From assembly GCA_947629265.1 (NCBI GenBank), contig CANRCZ010000001.1:37344-101343 (forward strand): a stretch of 64,000 bases of DNA, given 5' to 3'. The stretch is from an uncultured Bacilli bacterium (GTDB lineage: Bacteria; Bacillota_I; Bacilli_A; RF39; UBA660). The position numbers were made by a program, and so were the translations under genes. This document shows, in pieces, positions 29,752 to 40,217 of the stretch. The notes below the pieces were generated by a model, which was not told the DNA's origin, did no database searches, and worked only from the letters and a program-made list of their open reading frames with translations. The stretch's first letter is position 1; the number at the start of each line of letters is the position of its first letter.

Positions 29752-31101
29752 ATGATACAAAGTCATACGATAAAATATGAAAATAATGAAGAAATTTTAT
29801 ATTTGTATTTAGATTTTTCTAATGAGTTCGCTAAAGAATTAGGTGATAAAAATAAATCTATTTTTAGCAACATAAAAAAATATTTAAAAACTCTTAAAGA
29901 TGATTTTAAGGGTACAAAGGTAGTTATTGTAGCAAGTGGTATTGTCCTTGCTACTTTAACTTTAAATACTGGTTTAATGCGTCAAAATGCAGTCGCTAGA
30001 AATGATAATAATTTATATATTACATCCGTTCATTTTAATGAACCTAGTGTTGTTGTAAAGGATGATAATGTTGAAGAAACAGTAGAAACTAAAAAGGTAG
30101 AAACTGTTAAACCGGAGGTTAAAACTAGTCAAACTAATACGAATAAACAGACTACTACTAAAACGACTAGTCAAAAAAGTACTAGTAATAAAACTACTAG
30201 TACAAATAGTAATACAACTAAGTCAACTACTAAACAAGAAACTAAATCAACAACCAAAACGACAACTAAAACTACTAATCAAACAACAAAACAATCGACA
30301 AATCAAACAACTCTTAAAAACCCTATAACTATCTATCGCAGTAATGGTGATATCTTAAAACTGGAATTTGAAGATTATATAATCGGTGTCGTAGCCGCTG
30401 AAATGCCAGCTTCCTTTAATACAGAAGCTTTAAAAGCCCAAGCTGTTCTCGCTAGAACATACGCTTTAAAAACAGTTAAACAAGGTAAAAAACTAACTGA
30501 TACTGTAGCTACCCAAGTTTATAAAGATAATAACCAACTTAAAAAATTATGGGGTAGTGAATATTCCAAATACTATAACAAAATAAAAGATGCTGTAAGT
30601 AGTACCAAAGATTTAACTGTTAAATATAACGGTGAATATATCGAAGCTGTCTATCATTCGATAAGTAATGGTAAAACCGAAGATGCTAAATATGTATGGG
30701 GTAATAGTTTTCCTTATTTACAAGTTGTGGATAGTGCTTATGATGCAAATGTCAAAGACTATAGTAAGACTGTAACTAAATCATATACGGATGTATCATC
30801 TAAACTAGGTATTACCGTAACTAAAAATAGCAATATCGAAATATCTAGAAACGATAGTGGTAGAGTTAGTAATTTAACTATCGATGGAACAAGCTTTACT
30901 GGTGTAACTATCAGAACTAAATTGAACTTAAGATCAACTGACTTTGATATCGAACAAGGTGAAGATAGTTTAAAAATAACTACTAGAGGTTATGGTCACG
31001 GTGTCGGTATGAGTCAATATGGCGCTAATGAATACGCTAAAAAAGGTTGGACTTATAAACAAATAATAAATCATTATTACCCAGGTGTTAATATATCGTA
31101 G
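29752..31101 (+). CDS. SpoIID/LytB-domain protein with a Thr/Ser-rich linker
   Basis: C-terminal SpoIID domain (GYGHGVGMSQYGA). N-terminal TM. Low-complexity linker TTKTTSQKSTSNKTT... Confidence 0.7.
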   Translation: MIQSHTIKYENNEEILYLYLDFSNEFAKELGDKNKSIFSNIKKYLKTLKDDFKGTKVVIVASGIVLATLTLNTGLMRQNAVARNDNNLYITSVHFNEPSVVVKDDNVEETVETKKVETVKPEVKTSQTNTNKQTTTKTTSQKSTSNKTTSTNSNTTKSTTKQETKSTTKTTTKTTNQTTKQSTNQTTLKNPITIYRSNGDILKLEFEDYIIGVVAAEMPASFNTEALKAQAVLARTYALKTVKQGKKLTDTVATQVYKDNNQLKKLWGSEYSKYYNKIKDAVSSTKDLTVKYNGEYIEAVYHSISNGKTEDAKYVWGNSFPYLQVVDSAYDANVKDYSKTVTKSYTDVSSKLGITVTKNSNIEISRNDSGRVSNLTIDGTSFTGVTIRTKLNLRSTDFDIEQGEDSLKITTRGYGHGVGMSQYGANEYAKKGWTYKQIINHYYPGVNIS

Positions 31102-31145
31102 TTGCAAATATAAATATAATAATTTATAATTAAGTAGGTGATATC

Positions 31146-31616
31146 ATGCAAGAAATAGTTAAAAAACTTACAGATTTACATAAGACTATATCAGTAATGG
31201 AGTCATGTACTGGTGGAGCTTTAGCAAGTAGCATAACCGATATATCAGGTGCTAGTGGAATATTAAAATTTAGTGCTGTAACCTATTCTAATGAATACAA
31301 AATTAAAATGGGTGTTAGTGAAGATATTATTAAAAAATATACCGTATATAGCATCAATGTCGCTAATGAAATGAGTAAAAATATCGCTAATTATGCTAAT
31401 TCTAACTATGGAATTGGTATAACTGGACAATTAAATAAATACGATCCCAACAACATAACAAATGAAAATAATGTCGTCTATATAAGTATCTATGATAAAG
31501 ATAATGATAAATTTATAAATGATATTATAAAGGTTGATAAAAAAACAAGAAAAGAAAATAAACAGATTATTGTTGATAGAGTAATTATATTATTAAAAAA
31601 TATTCTTGATATTTAA
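31146..31616 (+). CDS. cinA: CinA C-terminal domain protein (NMN deamidase PncC-like)
   Basis: MESCTGGALAS motif in a 156-aa protein. Confidence 0.7.
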   Translation: MQEIVKKLTDLHKTISVMESCTGGALASSITDISGASGILKFSAVTYSNEYKIKMGVSEDIIKKYTVYSINVANEMSKNIANYANSNYGIGITGQLNKYDPNNITNENNVVYISIYDKDNDKFINDIIKVDKKTRKENKQIIVDRVIILLKNILDI

Positions 31617-31696
31617 TAATATAATTTTTTTTCATTTACAAATAACGTATAATATGTTAAAATTTAATTGTAAAATAAGGAAAGGAAAGATAAAAA

Positions 31697-32792
31697 ATGA
31701 AAGAAAAAATAAGGCTTGGGGGGGGGTTATTTACTAATAATTTTAATACTATTAGTGGTAACTAATGGTATAACATATGGTGTAACTAGCCTACAAAGTG
31801 AAAGTGTTAGCTACACTAGAAATGGCCAAACTAAAAGTGTGAAACAAGCACTAGATGATTTAATTGTTAAGGTTGATCAAAAGAGTGGTAACTTTAATAT
31901 TGAGTTAAAAGAAAGAAATCTAGCAGTAAATTTTACGGAGAACGTATCAACTTATAAAACAATTGTTGATAATGTATTAAGTAAAATGATAACTGCAATG
32001 GGTAGTGATGTTAGTACTGCAGAGTTAACAGCATTAAAAAGTGCAACGTTAACATGGACAAGTCAAAATAATGGTATTGCAACTGTGGTTAGCGGAACAA
32101 CAGTAAAAGGTGTTGCAGCAGGACAAACAAAAATAATAGGAACAGCACCTAGTGGACAACAGGTAATAGTACCAGTAAAAGTAATAAGTGCAGTATATTT
32201 AGCCCAAAAAGCAACAGTTGGAGATTACGTGGCGTATGATGCTGGAACATGGTCTTCAGCAGTAACAACTAAACCAACAGGTCAAGGAACTTTTGGAGGA
32301 AACGCAGCAAATAATAAAGGAAATAGTGTATCATCATGCTTAAGTAGTAGCTACTCTACCTCATTAAAAGGTTGGCGCGTTTTAAAAATTGAAGGTAATC
32401 AAGTCTACCTAGTCCATGCCGGTCAACCCGAATGTTACTATCATGGACAAGACCAGAGTGCTAGTATAACTAAATTAGATGCACGAGCAAAAGAATATAT
32501 GAATTCATATGCCCAATCAGCTCATGCTATTACTAAAGACGAGGTTGATGCTATTACCAATACTAGTGATACCTTACGGAAGACTGGAGATTATTATTGG
32601 TTGGCAACTCCATATAATGGCCTCAGCGGTGGCTACTTGTATTGCGTGCACCCGGATGGTAGCATAGCCAACTACTGCCGCAACAGCTCGGACGGTTTCC
32701 GACCTGTAATTGTTCTAAAATCTACAATCCTAACCACTGGACAAGGATCAGATGGTTTTGGACATAATGATGCTTGGTTAATAACAATTTAA
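31697..32792 (+). CDS. DGR-target family paralog. Frameshifted at a G9 tract, so phase-variable or OFF. Big_2-like middle domain plus CLec-like C-terminal domain.
   Basis: ATG at 31697 with RBS AAAGGAAAG reads MKEKIRLGGGLFTNNFNTISGN*. Removing one G gives MKEKIRLGGGYLLIILILLVVTNGITYGVTSLQSESVSYTRNGQTKSVKQALDDLI..., continuous with ORF 31716-32792. The 5' region is about 80 percent identical to 17440-17640. Confidence 0.72.
31718..31726 (+). repeat. G9 homopolymer tract in signal-peptide codons (candidate phase-variation switch)
   Basis: Nine consecutive G. The frame is restored by -1 G. Confidence 0.65.
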
Positions 32793-32835
32793 CAAATATC
32801 TATTCTAAAATTCATAAATTAAACAATATTACACT

Positions 32836-32857
32836 AAAGGACTAATGTCCTTTTTTA
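32836..32857 (+). terminator. rho-independent terminator
   Basis: aaaggac taat gtcc hairpin followed by a T-run. Confidence 0.6.
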
Positions 32858-32982
32858 AATTAGTCTAATTACTTGTAAAAAAATATCAAAAAATGTCGAC
32901 TTTTTAATAAGTAAATCAGTCTTTTTAGCTTGTATAATGAATATAAATATGGTAGAATGATTATAGAATGGGTGGCGTTAAT

Positions 32983-33495
32983 ATGAAGATACCAAAAAAA
33001 AATTACATTGTTTCAATCTTAATCATCATAGCAACCATTTTATCGGTTCTTTTAATCAGAGATAAATATCTAGAACAAAAAGAATACGATAGTATGACTA
33101 ATGAAAGAATCGATTTTATGTTTGAAATAAAAGAAGATGAACTAGAAAGTTATCTAATGGAAAATCGCGAGGTTGTAATATATATGGCATCTAGTAGCGA
33201 TGAAAGTATTGTCAATTTTGAATTAAGTCTAAAAGATTACGTTTTAAAACAACAGCTGGGTAAAGATATGGTCTACATAAACTTAAACAATGTATCCAAT
33301 AAATTTTTAGATAAACTAAAAGATAAATACTTTAGTGACGAATTAAAAAATAGTGATATCAGCTTAGGAAATTATCCTAACATGTTGATCGTTGAAAACG
33401 GTGTTATCGTATCAGCAATGTATACCAAAGAAAAAACAATCAATATCGATGATGCTAAAAAATATCTAAACAAATATATCGATGAGGTTTTATAA
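32983..33495 (+). CDS. hypothetical membrane-anchored protein
   Basis: N-terminal TM helix and no recognisable motif. Confidence 0.4.
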   Translation: MKIPKKNYIVSILIIIATILSVLLIRDKYLEQKEYDSMTNERIDFMFEIKEDELESYLMENREVVIYMASSSDESIVNFELSLKDYVLKQQLGKDMVYINLNNVSNKFLDKLKDKYFSDELKNSDISLGNYPNMLIVENGVIVSAMYTKEKTINIDDAKKYLNKYIDEVL

Positions 33496-34001
33496 TGTTA
33501 AATGTAGTTTTATACGAACCAGAAATCCCAGGTAATACCGGTAATATCATGCGAACATGTGCTGGAACTAACGTAAAACTCCATTTAATCGAACCCCTTG
33601 GTTTTAAATTAGATGAAGCAAGTATCAAAAGAAGCGGTGTCAATTATATAAAATATTGTGATTATAAAGTATATAAAAATTACGATGAATTTAAAGAACA
33701 AAACAAAGGAACATATTACTATCTAACAAGATATGGTAGTAAACCACATACCTCATTCGATTATAGTAATCTAGATGAAAATATTTACTTTATCTTCGGT
33801 AAAGAAAGTACTGGTATACCAAAAGAAATATTAAAAGAAAACCTAGATAACTGTATGCGAATGCCTATGAATGGTAATATTAGAGCTTTAAACCTATCAA
33901 ATACTGTTGCCATAATGATATATGAAGCTTTAAGACAGCGTAACTTTGAGGGATTATCGTTAGTTGAAACCTTTAAAGGTGAAGATTACTTGATTAAATA
34001 A
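33495..34001 (+). CDS. trmL: tRNA (cytidine/uridine-2'-O-)-methyltransferase TrmL (SpoU family)
   Basis: LYEPEIPGNTGNIMRTCAGT and a SPOUT C-terminal region in a ~168-aa protein. Confidence 0.8.
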   Translation: MLNVVLYEPEIPGNTGNIMRTCAGTNVKLHLIEPLGFKLDEASIKRSGVNYIKYCDYKVYKNYDEFKEQNKGTYYYLTRYGSKPHTSFDYSNLDENIYFIFGKESTGIPKEILKENLDNCMRMPMNGNIRALNLSNTVAIMIYEALRQRNFEGLSLVETFKGEDYLIK

Positions 34002-34042
34002 CAAAAAAATGTTATAGTAATTAAAGAATAAGGAGGATGTAC

Positions 34043-34459
34043 ATGGATGTTATATACAATTTTATTATAGATAATACAGTCATGATAATTATTGTAACCA
34101 TTATTTTACTTATGGCAGTAATAGGTTACGTGGCTGAAAAAAACGGTTTTAAACCAAATAAAGAAGACTTTGATGAAGATGAACCTTTAGAACCAGTTTA
34201 TGAAGAACCTGAAAAAGTTACCGAAAATATCGAACCTGAACCAACCAAAGAAGAAACTACTAAAGAAGAACCAATTACTGAAGAAAAAGAGGATGTAAAA
34301 GAAGAGGTAAAGGAACCTGAAGAAGAAAAACCTAGCAAAGAAAATTTGAATATCGACAAAGATTTCAGTAAACTTTTAGATGATGAAGATGAAATCGTCG
34401 TAGGAGATACTGATGATACCTCCCTAGCTGATATAGATGACGATTTATGGAAGTTTTAA
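34043..34459 (+). CDS. hypothetical membrane-anchored acidic protein (E/D/K-rich)
   Basis: AAGGAGG RBS. N-terminal TM then a highly acidic low-complexity tail. Confidence 0.4.
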   Translation: MDVIYNFIIDNTVMIIIVTIILLMAVIGYVAEKNGFKPNKEDFDEDEPLEPVYEEPEKVTENIEPEPTKEETTKEEPITEEKEDVKEEVKEPEEEKPSKENLNIDKDFSKLLDDEDEIVVGDTDDTSLADIDDDLWKF

Positions 34460-34513
34460 TGAATATTAAAGCTTTTTTTCTACCATGATGATATAATAGA
34501 AATGAGGTGTAAT

Positions 34514-35098
34514 ATGGAAGCTTATATTAATAACTTTATCGAGATTGTTAAAAGTGTTATAACCACCTATCCTCCTATCTTAGGACTATTTTTAGGTATC
34601 TTTATCGTTTTTATCGAATCGATAATTCCCGTATTACCCCTTAGTGCCTTTGTAGCAATCAACGTCATCGTCTTTGGTAATATCATCGGTATTATAATAT
34701 CGTATATTGGAACGATCATCGGTTGCTTAACAAGTTTTACCTTATTTAGAAAAGTCATAAGTAAAAAACTAAAAAAAAGAATGCAAAAGAATAAAAAAAT
34801 ACAAAATTTAATGGATAAAATAAGTCACTTTAACTTTTCAACCTTAGTTATTTTAATGGCTTTCCCATTTACCCCAGCCTTTTCGATCAATATAGCCTGT
34901 GGTCTATCCGAAATGAGCTATAAAAAATTTTTCATCGCTTGCTTAATCGGTAAACTACCCATGATCTATTTCTGGGGATATATCGGTATGACATTCGTCG
35001 AAAGCTTAACCAACCCATACGCATTAATAAATATAATCGCGATCGTTTTATTATCATATATCGTATCAAAAATATTTATGTGCAAATTTAAAATATAG
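34514..35098 (+). CDS. DedA/TVP38/TMEM64-family membrane protein
   Basis: Multi-TM protein with a DedA-like region (FIESIIPVLP). Confidence 0.45.
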   Translation: MEAYINNFIEIVKSVITTYPPILGLFLGIFIVFIESIIPVLPLSAFVAINVIVFGNIIGIIISYIGTIIGCLTSFTLFRKVISKKLKKRMQKNKKIQNLMDKISHFNFSTLVILMAFPFTPAFSINIACGLSEMSYKKFFIACLIGKLPMIYFWGYIGMTFVESLTNPYALINIIAIVLLSYIVSKIFMCKFKI

Positions 35099-35107
35099 GA
35101 GGCCTTT

Positions 35108-36208
35108 ATGGAGTATGTATTGCTGAGTTTAATAATAGTAATTTTAATAATTTTAATAATCATTTTAATAAATAGCAAAAAAGAAAAAGATGATTCCTTT
35201 AAAATAAGTGAAATAAGTAACAACATGATTAAAGAATTAGGAGATTTTAGAAACACTTTCACTAAAGAACATGGTGAATTTAAAACCGATTTAACCAAAA
35301 ATCTAAATGATGATTTCAATCTACTAAACGAAAAAATAGAATACCGTTTAAACCTAATCAACGATAAAGTAACCGAAAGATTAGATCAAAACTTTGAAAA
35401 AACCAATAAAACCTTTAATAACGTACTAGAAAGACTTTCTAAAATCGATGAAGCTCAAAAGAAAATAGATAGTCTATCAACTGATATCGTATCATTACAA
35501 AGTATTTTAACCGATAAAAAAACAAGAGGAACCTTTGGAGAGGTTAATCTATATCACATTATGAACAATATATTTGGTGATAACGATAAAATATATAAAA
35601 TGCAGTATACCTTACCTAACGATACTAAAGTAGACTGTATGTTGTTTGGACCAGATAAATTAGGATGGATCGGTATCGACTCTAAATTTCCTCTTGAGAA
35701 TTACCGTATAATGGTCGATAAAAACGAAACAAAAGAAAATCGTCTATTAGCGGAAAAAAAATTTGTCGGTGATATTAAAAAACATATCGATGATATCGCT
35801 AATAAATATATCATCCCAGGCGTTACCGCTAATCAAGCTATCATGTTTTTACCAGCCGAAGCTATCTTCGCTGAGGTAGTGGCATACCATACTAATTTAA
35901 TCGATTATGCTTACGAAAAAAGAGTCATGATAACAAGTCCAACCACCTTAATCAGTACCCTATCGACCTTACAACTTATGATTAAAGACTTAGAACGTAA
36001 TAAATATGCTAATATCATTCAAAATGAACTTAAATTGCTAAGTGAAGAATTTAAAAGATATAAAATACGTTGGGATAAACTCGCTAAAAATATCGACACT
36101 GTAAGTAATGATGTTAAAGAATTACATACAACTGGTGAAAAAATAACTAAGAGGTTTAATAGTATTAATCAAGTGGAAATGAGGGAAATAGATGAAATTG
36201 ATGAGTAA
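35108..36208 (+). CDS. rmuC: DNA recombination protein RmuC
   Basis: N-terminal TM, coiled coil, and the RmuC motif around IDSKFPLENY. Confidence 0.7.
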   Translation: MEYVLLSLIIVILIILIIILINSKKEKDDSFKISEISNNMIKELGDFRNTFTKEHGEFKTDLTKNLNDDFNLLNEKIEYRLNLINDKVTERLDQNFEKTNKTFNNVLERLSKIDEAQKKIDSLSTDIVSLQSILTDKKTRGTFGEVNLYHIMNNIFGDNDKIYKMQYTLPNDTKVDCMLFGPDKLGWIGIDSKFPLENYRIMVDKNETKENRLLAEKKFVGDIKKHIDDIANKYIIPGVTANQAIMFLPAEAIFAEVVAYHTNLIDYAYEKRVMITSPTTLISTLSTLQLMIKDLERNKYANIIQNELKLLSEEFKRYKIRWDKLAKNIDTVSNDVKELHTTGEKITKRFNSINQVEMREIDEIDE

Positions 36209-36791
36209 ATTGATTATCTTAATATCGATTATCGGCGCTATATATTATGGCATTCCATTATTACAAGATGGTAATATCTATGGATTTTTAGTTAAAATGG
36301 CCATCATTATAACCATGTTTCTACCTAACATATTAGAAAAAATATTAAAAACAAAATTTCCAACTGGTCTAAAATTTGTATATATCGTTTTTGTTTTTAT
36401 GGCTCATTATCTAGGTTCAATCATCGATTTATATCATAAAGTATCTTGGTTTGATACCTTTACTCATTTTTTAAGTGGTATTTTAGTTTCTGTTTTAGCA
36501 ACTTATTTAATCGTTAAAACTAAAGTATACAATAATCAACACTTAATAATATGGTTTTTATTTATCATATCCATGTCGACCTTAGTAGCAGTATCATGGG
36601 AAACATTTGAATTTGTCTGTGATAAAATATTTAGTGCCGATGCTCAAAATGTTTTAACTACCGGCGTTAACGATACGATGATCGATATGTTAGTAGCCCT
36701 ATTAGGCTCTATGATCTATGGTTTTATGCTTATGTTTGAAAAACTATATAACCTAAATGGCATAATCAGCAAGTACATAAAAAGTATTTAA
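36192..36791 (+). CDS. hypothetical integral membrane protein
   Basis: Five to six TM segments and no motif. Confidence 0.4.
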   Translation: MKLMSKLIILISIIGAIYYGIPLLQDGNIYGFLVKMAIIITMFLPNILEKILKTKFPTGLKFVYIVFVFMAHYLGSIIDLYHKVSWFDTFTHFLSGILVSVLATYLIVKTKVYNNQHLIIWFLFIISMSTLVAVSWETFEFVCDKIFSADAQNVLTTGVNDTMIDMLVALLGSMIYGFMLMFEKLYNLNGIISKYIKSI

Positions 36792-36802
36792 AGGAGGAAA
36801 AA

Positions 36803-37021
36803 ATGAAAGAATTAGAATTAAAAGTTAAAAATATCGAATGTGTTGGATGTGAAAATAGAATAAAAAATGGTCTATCACAATTAGAAGAGATTAAAAAAGT
36901 CGATGCTAGTTGTAAAAGTGGTAAAGTTAATATCCAATTAAAAAAAGATATCGATGAAGATACTAAAAATAAAATAATAGATACCATCCAACAATTAGAT
37001 TTTGAAATAGAAGATATCTAA
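36803..37021 (+). CDS. copZ: heavy-metal-associated (HMA) domain metallochaperone, CopZ-like
   Basis: ECVGCE (MxCxxC-type) motif in a 72-aa protein. Confidence 0.6.
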   Translation: MKELELKVKNIECVGCENRIKNGLSQLEEIKKVDASCKSGKVNIQLKKDIDEDTKNKIIDTIQQLDFEIEDI

Positions 37022-37111
37022 TGATAGTAATACTATCTTTTTTTTATATTGACAATTGAATACATATTCAACTATAATTATGATAGTTGATAATAACATG
37101 TAGGTGATATT

Positions 37112-37474
37112 ATGGCCAAAAATGAATTTATATGCGATTGTAACATTATTCATAAAGAGACAGTTGATCAAATATTAAAAACGATGGAAAAAGATGAAAC
37201 ATTCAATAAATTAGCCGATTTTTTTAACATACTTAAAGATCCAACGAGATTAAAAATAATGTTTGTTCTAGATAAAAAACAAGTATGTGTATGCGATATC
37301 GCTAATATATTATCCATGTCTAAATCAAGTATATCCCATCAGTTAAGTACCTTAAGAAAAAGTGGTATCGTTAAATGTTATAAACAAGGAAAAGAGGTAT
37401 ATTATACCCTCGATGATGATCATATCAATAAAGTGTTTGAAATAGCTTTAAAGCACATTAACCATAAAAAATAA
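37112..37474 (+). CDS. cadC: ArsR/SmtB-family metalloregulator (CadC-like)
   Basis: ArsR wHTH (LKDPTRLKIMFVL...ISHQLSTLRKSGIV) with N-terminal CDC and CVC metal-sensing cysteines. Confidence 0.7.
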   Translation: MAKNEFICDCNIIHKETVDQILKTMEKDETFNKLADFFNILKDPTRLKIMFVLDKKQVCVCDIANILSMSKSSISHQLSTLRKSGIVKCYKQGKEVYYTLDDDHINKVFEIALKHINHKK

Positions 37475-37487
37475 AAGGAGCTGAATT

Positions 37488-39311
37488 ATGAAAAATAACT
37501 TAATTAAAATTGTTGCTAGTATTTTAATGTTTTTAATTACTTTGTTTATTTCAGAACCATTAATTAAAAAAATTTTATTTATCATAGCCTACCTTATTGT
37601 CGGTTTTAATGTTTTAAAAAAATCAATTAAAAATATATTAAAAGGTGAGATTTTCGATGAAAATTTTCTTATGTCGATAGCAACCTTAGGAGCTTTTTTA
37701 ATCGGTGAAGATGAAGAAGCTTTAGCCGTTATGTTATTTTATCAAATAGGTGAACTATTTAATGACTATGCTGTCGATAAATCAAAAAAATCCATTTCAA
37801 AACTAATGGATATTAGACCTGATTACGCTAATCTTTGTATTGATGATGACATTAAAAAAGTAGATCCATCATCAGTTAAAATCGGCGATATTATAATAGT
37901 AAAACCCGGTGAAAAAATACCTTTAGATGGAACTATCATATCTGGTGATACAATGATCGATACCCATGCCTTAACCGGTGAAGCAGTTTTAAAACATGCT
38001 ACCATTAATCAAGACGTTTTAAGTGGTTGTATCAATGTTAACGGTGTCATAAAAATTGAGGTTAAAAAGAAATTTAAAGAATCGACTGTAAATAAAATAT
38101 TAGAACTAGTCGAAAATGCTAGTAATAAAAAATCAAAATCCGAAAGTTTTATTACTAGATTTTCTAAAATATATACTCCTATAGTTGTTTTTATAGCTGT
38201 CCTTTTAGTTATTATTCCAACTTTATTAAATGGTAACTTTAGCCAGTGGTTTTACCGAGCTTTATCCTTTTTAGTCGTATCATGCCCTTGTGCTTTAGTT
38301 ATTTCAATACCACTATCTTTCTTCTGTGGAATAGGATCTGCATCAAAAATTGGTGTTTTAGTTAAAGGTAGTAACTACCTAGAAAAATTAGCCAAAACCG
38401 ATATCGTCGTATGTGATAAAACCGGTACTTTAACCGAGGGTGTGTTTGAGGTTCAAAAAATAAATACTAAAAAATTATCAGATGAAAAATTATTAATGTA
38501 TGCTGCCTATGCTGAAAACTATTCCAATCATCCAATTTCCTTATCATTAAAAAAAGCTTATAATAAAAAAATAGATGAAGATAAAATAAAAGATTTTAAA
38601 GAAATATTAAGTAGAGGAGTTAAAGCTAGTATAGATGGTAAAAAAGTCTTAGTTGGTAATGAACAGATGATGATCGAAAATAAGATCGACTTTGAAAAAA
38701 ATAACGACATTGGAACTATATGCTATATCGCTATAGATAATCAATTTTCAGGTTCCATATTAATATCCGATAAAATAAAAGATGATGCCTATGAAACCAT
38801 TAAAATGTTAAAAAAATATGGTGTTAAGCGTTTTATCATGTTAACCGGTGATAGAAAGAAAATCGCTCTTGACGTATCAAATAAATTAAATATCGATGAA
38901 TGTTACTACGAATTATTACCTAACGATAAAGTTTTAAAAGTAGAAGAACTGTTAAAAATTAGAAAAAATAACCTAATCTTTATCGGTGATGGCATCAATG
39001 ATGCCCCAGTTATTACGATCGCTGATATTGGTATTTCGATGGGTGGAATTGGTAGTGATGCCGCTATTGAAGCTAGTGATATCGTTTTAATGACCGATGA
39101 ATTATCTAAAATACCGAAGACTATCAATATCGCTAAAAAGACTCTTAAAATAGTTAAAGAAAATATCATCTTTATCATAACTGTTAAAGTAATCGTCTTA
39201 TTATTAAGTGCCATAGGTATATCGACAATGTGGGAAGCTGTTTTCGCTGATGTCGGTGTATCAGTTATCTCAGTATTAAATGCCTTTAGAATTTTAAAAA
39301 CCAAAAAATAG
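37488..39311 (+). CDS. cadA: P1B-type heavy-metal (Cd/Zn/Co-type) translocating ATPase
   Basis: CPC transmembrane motif, DKTGTLT, GDGINDAP. No N-terminal HMA domain. Confidence 0.85.
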   Translation: MKNNLIKIVASILMFLITLFISEPLIKKILFIIAYLIVGFNVLKKSIKNILKGEIFDENFLMSIATLGAFLIGEDEEALAVMLFYQIGELFNDYAVDKSKKSISKLMDIRPDYANLCIDDDIKKVDPSSVKIGDIIIVKPGEKIPLDGTIISGDTMIDTHALTGEAVLKHATINQDVLSGCINVNGVIKIEVKKKFKESTVNKILELVENASNKKSKSESFITRFSKIYTPIVVFIAVLLVIIPTLLNGNFSQWFYRALSFLVVSCPCALVISIPLSFFCGIGSASKIGVLVKGSNYLEKLAKTDIVVCDKTGTLTEGVFEVQKINTKKLSDEKLLMYAAYAENYSNHPISLSLKKAYNKKIDEDKIKDFKEILSRGVKASIDGKKVLVGNEQMMIENKIDFEKNNDIGTICYIAIDNQFSGSILISDKIKDDAYETIKMLKKYGVKRFIMLTGDRKKIALDVSNKLNIDECYYELLPNDKVLKVEELLKIRKNNLIFIGDGINDAPVITIADIGISMGGIGSDAAIEASDIVLMTDELSKIPKTINIAKKTLKIVKENIIFIITVKVIVLLLSAIGISTMWEAVFADVGVSVISVLNAFRILKTKK

Positions 39312-39364
39312 TCTTTGAAATAGATACCATATAGTGTATAATCTTGTATAGAGAGGATGATTTC

Positions 39365-40123
39365 ATGAAAAAAGTTGCCATAGTATTAGTACTATTAATC
39401 TTGTTGATCGGTGGTTATTTTGGTATAAAAGGTTTCTATCTATATTATTATGATATTCATAATATGGTAGCCCAAGACTATAATTCCGTTAAAGAGGGTT
39501 TAAAAGTTAAAGATACCATGACTATAAAAAAATCTGATTCTGACTATGAATATTTAACTTATAAAGATGTTAAAATTAAAAACGAATTTAAAGATTTTGA
39601 ACTATCTAAAGAAGATGATGATAGTAGTGATAAGTATATATTATATGGTGAAAATAAAAAAGTTAAAGCTTCCTTTTGGATAGGAACAACTGATAGCTAC
39701 GTTTACAGTCTTACTAATGATTCAACTTTATTCGGTACTGGTGATAAAAGAATTACCAATGCTAATATAAGTAATATCTTAAAAAAGAACAACATAAATA
39801 ACGACCTTGAATTATTTAAATTTTTATCTCAAAACGAAGACGTTAAAAGCAACATATTTACACCAATAAAACAGATGAAAGAAAACTATGTATTACAATT
39901 TATGACTTGGGTCGTAATGCCTAAACTTGATAGTATTACCTTAATCGATGGTGATTACGAGGGTTATATCTTAAATTTAAAAGTTGCAAGTGGTAGTAGT
40001 GTTAGAGAAGCTAGAATTATCCATGATGATAAAACTTATATGTTCTTATTCTTAAGTAATGATAACGATTACTTTAAAGATGAAGATATTAATAACCTTT
40101 TAAATACCGTTGTTTTTGAATAA
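39365..40123 (+). CDS. hypothetical N-terminally anchored protein
   Basis: RBS AGAGGATGA. Signal/TM MKKVAIVLVLLILLIGG. Confidence 0.4.
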   Translation: MKKVAIVLVLLILLIGGYFGIKGFYLYYYDIHNMVAQDYNSVKEGLKVKDTMTIKKSDSDYEYLTYKDVKIKNEFKDFELSKEDDDSSDKYILYGENKKVKASFWIGTTDSYVYSLTNDSTLFGTGDKRITNANISNILKKNNINNDLELFKFLSQNEDVKSNIFTPIKQMKENYVLQFMTWVVMPKLDSITLIDGDYEGYILNLKVASGSSVREARIIHDDKTYMFLFLSNDNDYFKDEDINNLLNTVVFE

Positions 40124-40189
40124 TTTATTTAAACAGTAACCTATAAAAAAGAATTACATACTATAAATTACATAGTATGTTTTTTAATT

Positions 40190-40217
40190 AAAAAAGGCAC
40201 ATTATGCCTTTTTAAAG
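40190..40217. terminator. bidirectional terminator
   Basis: aaaaaaggcacattatgcctttttaaa hairpin. Confidence 0.6.
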
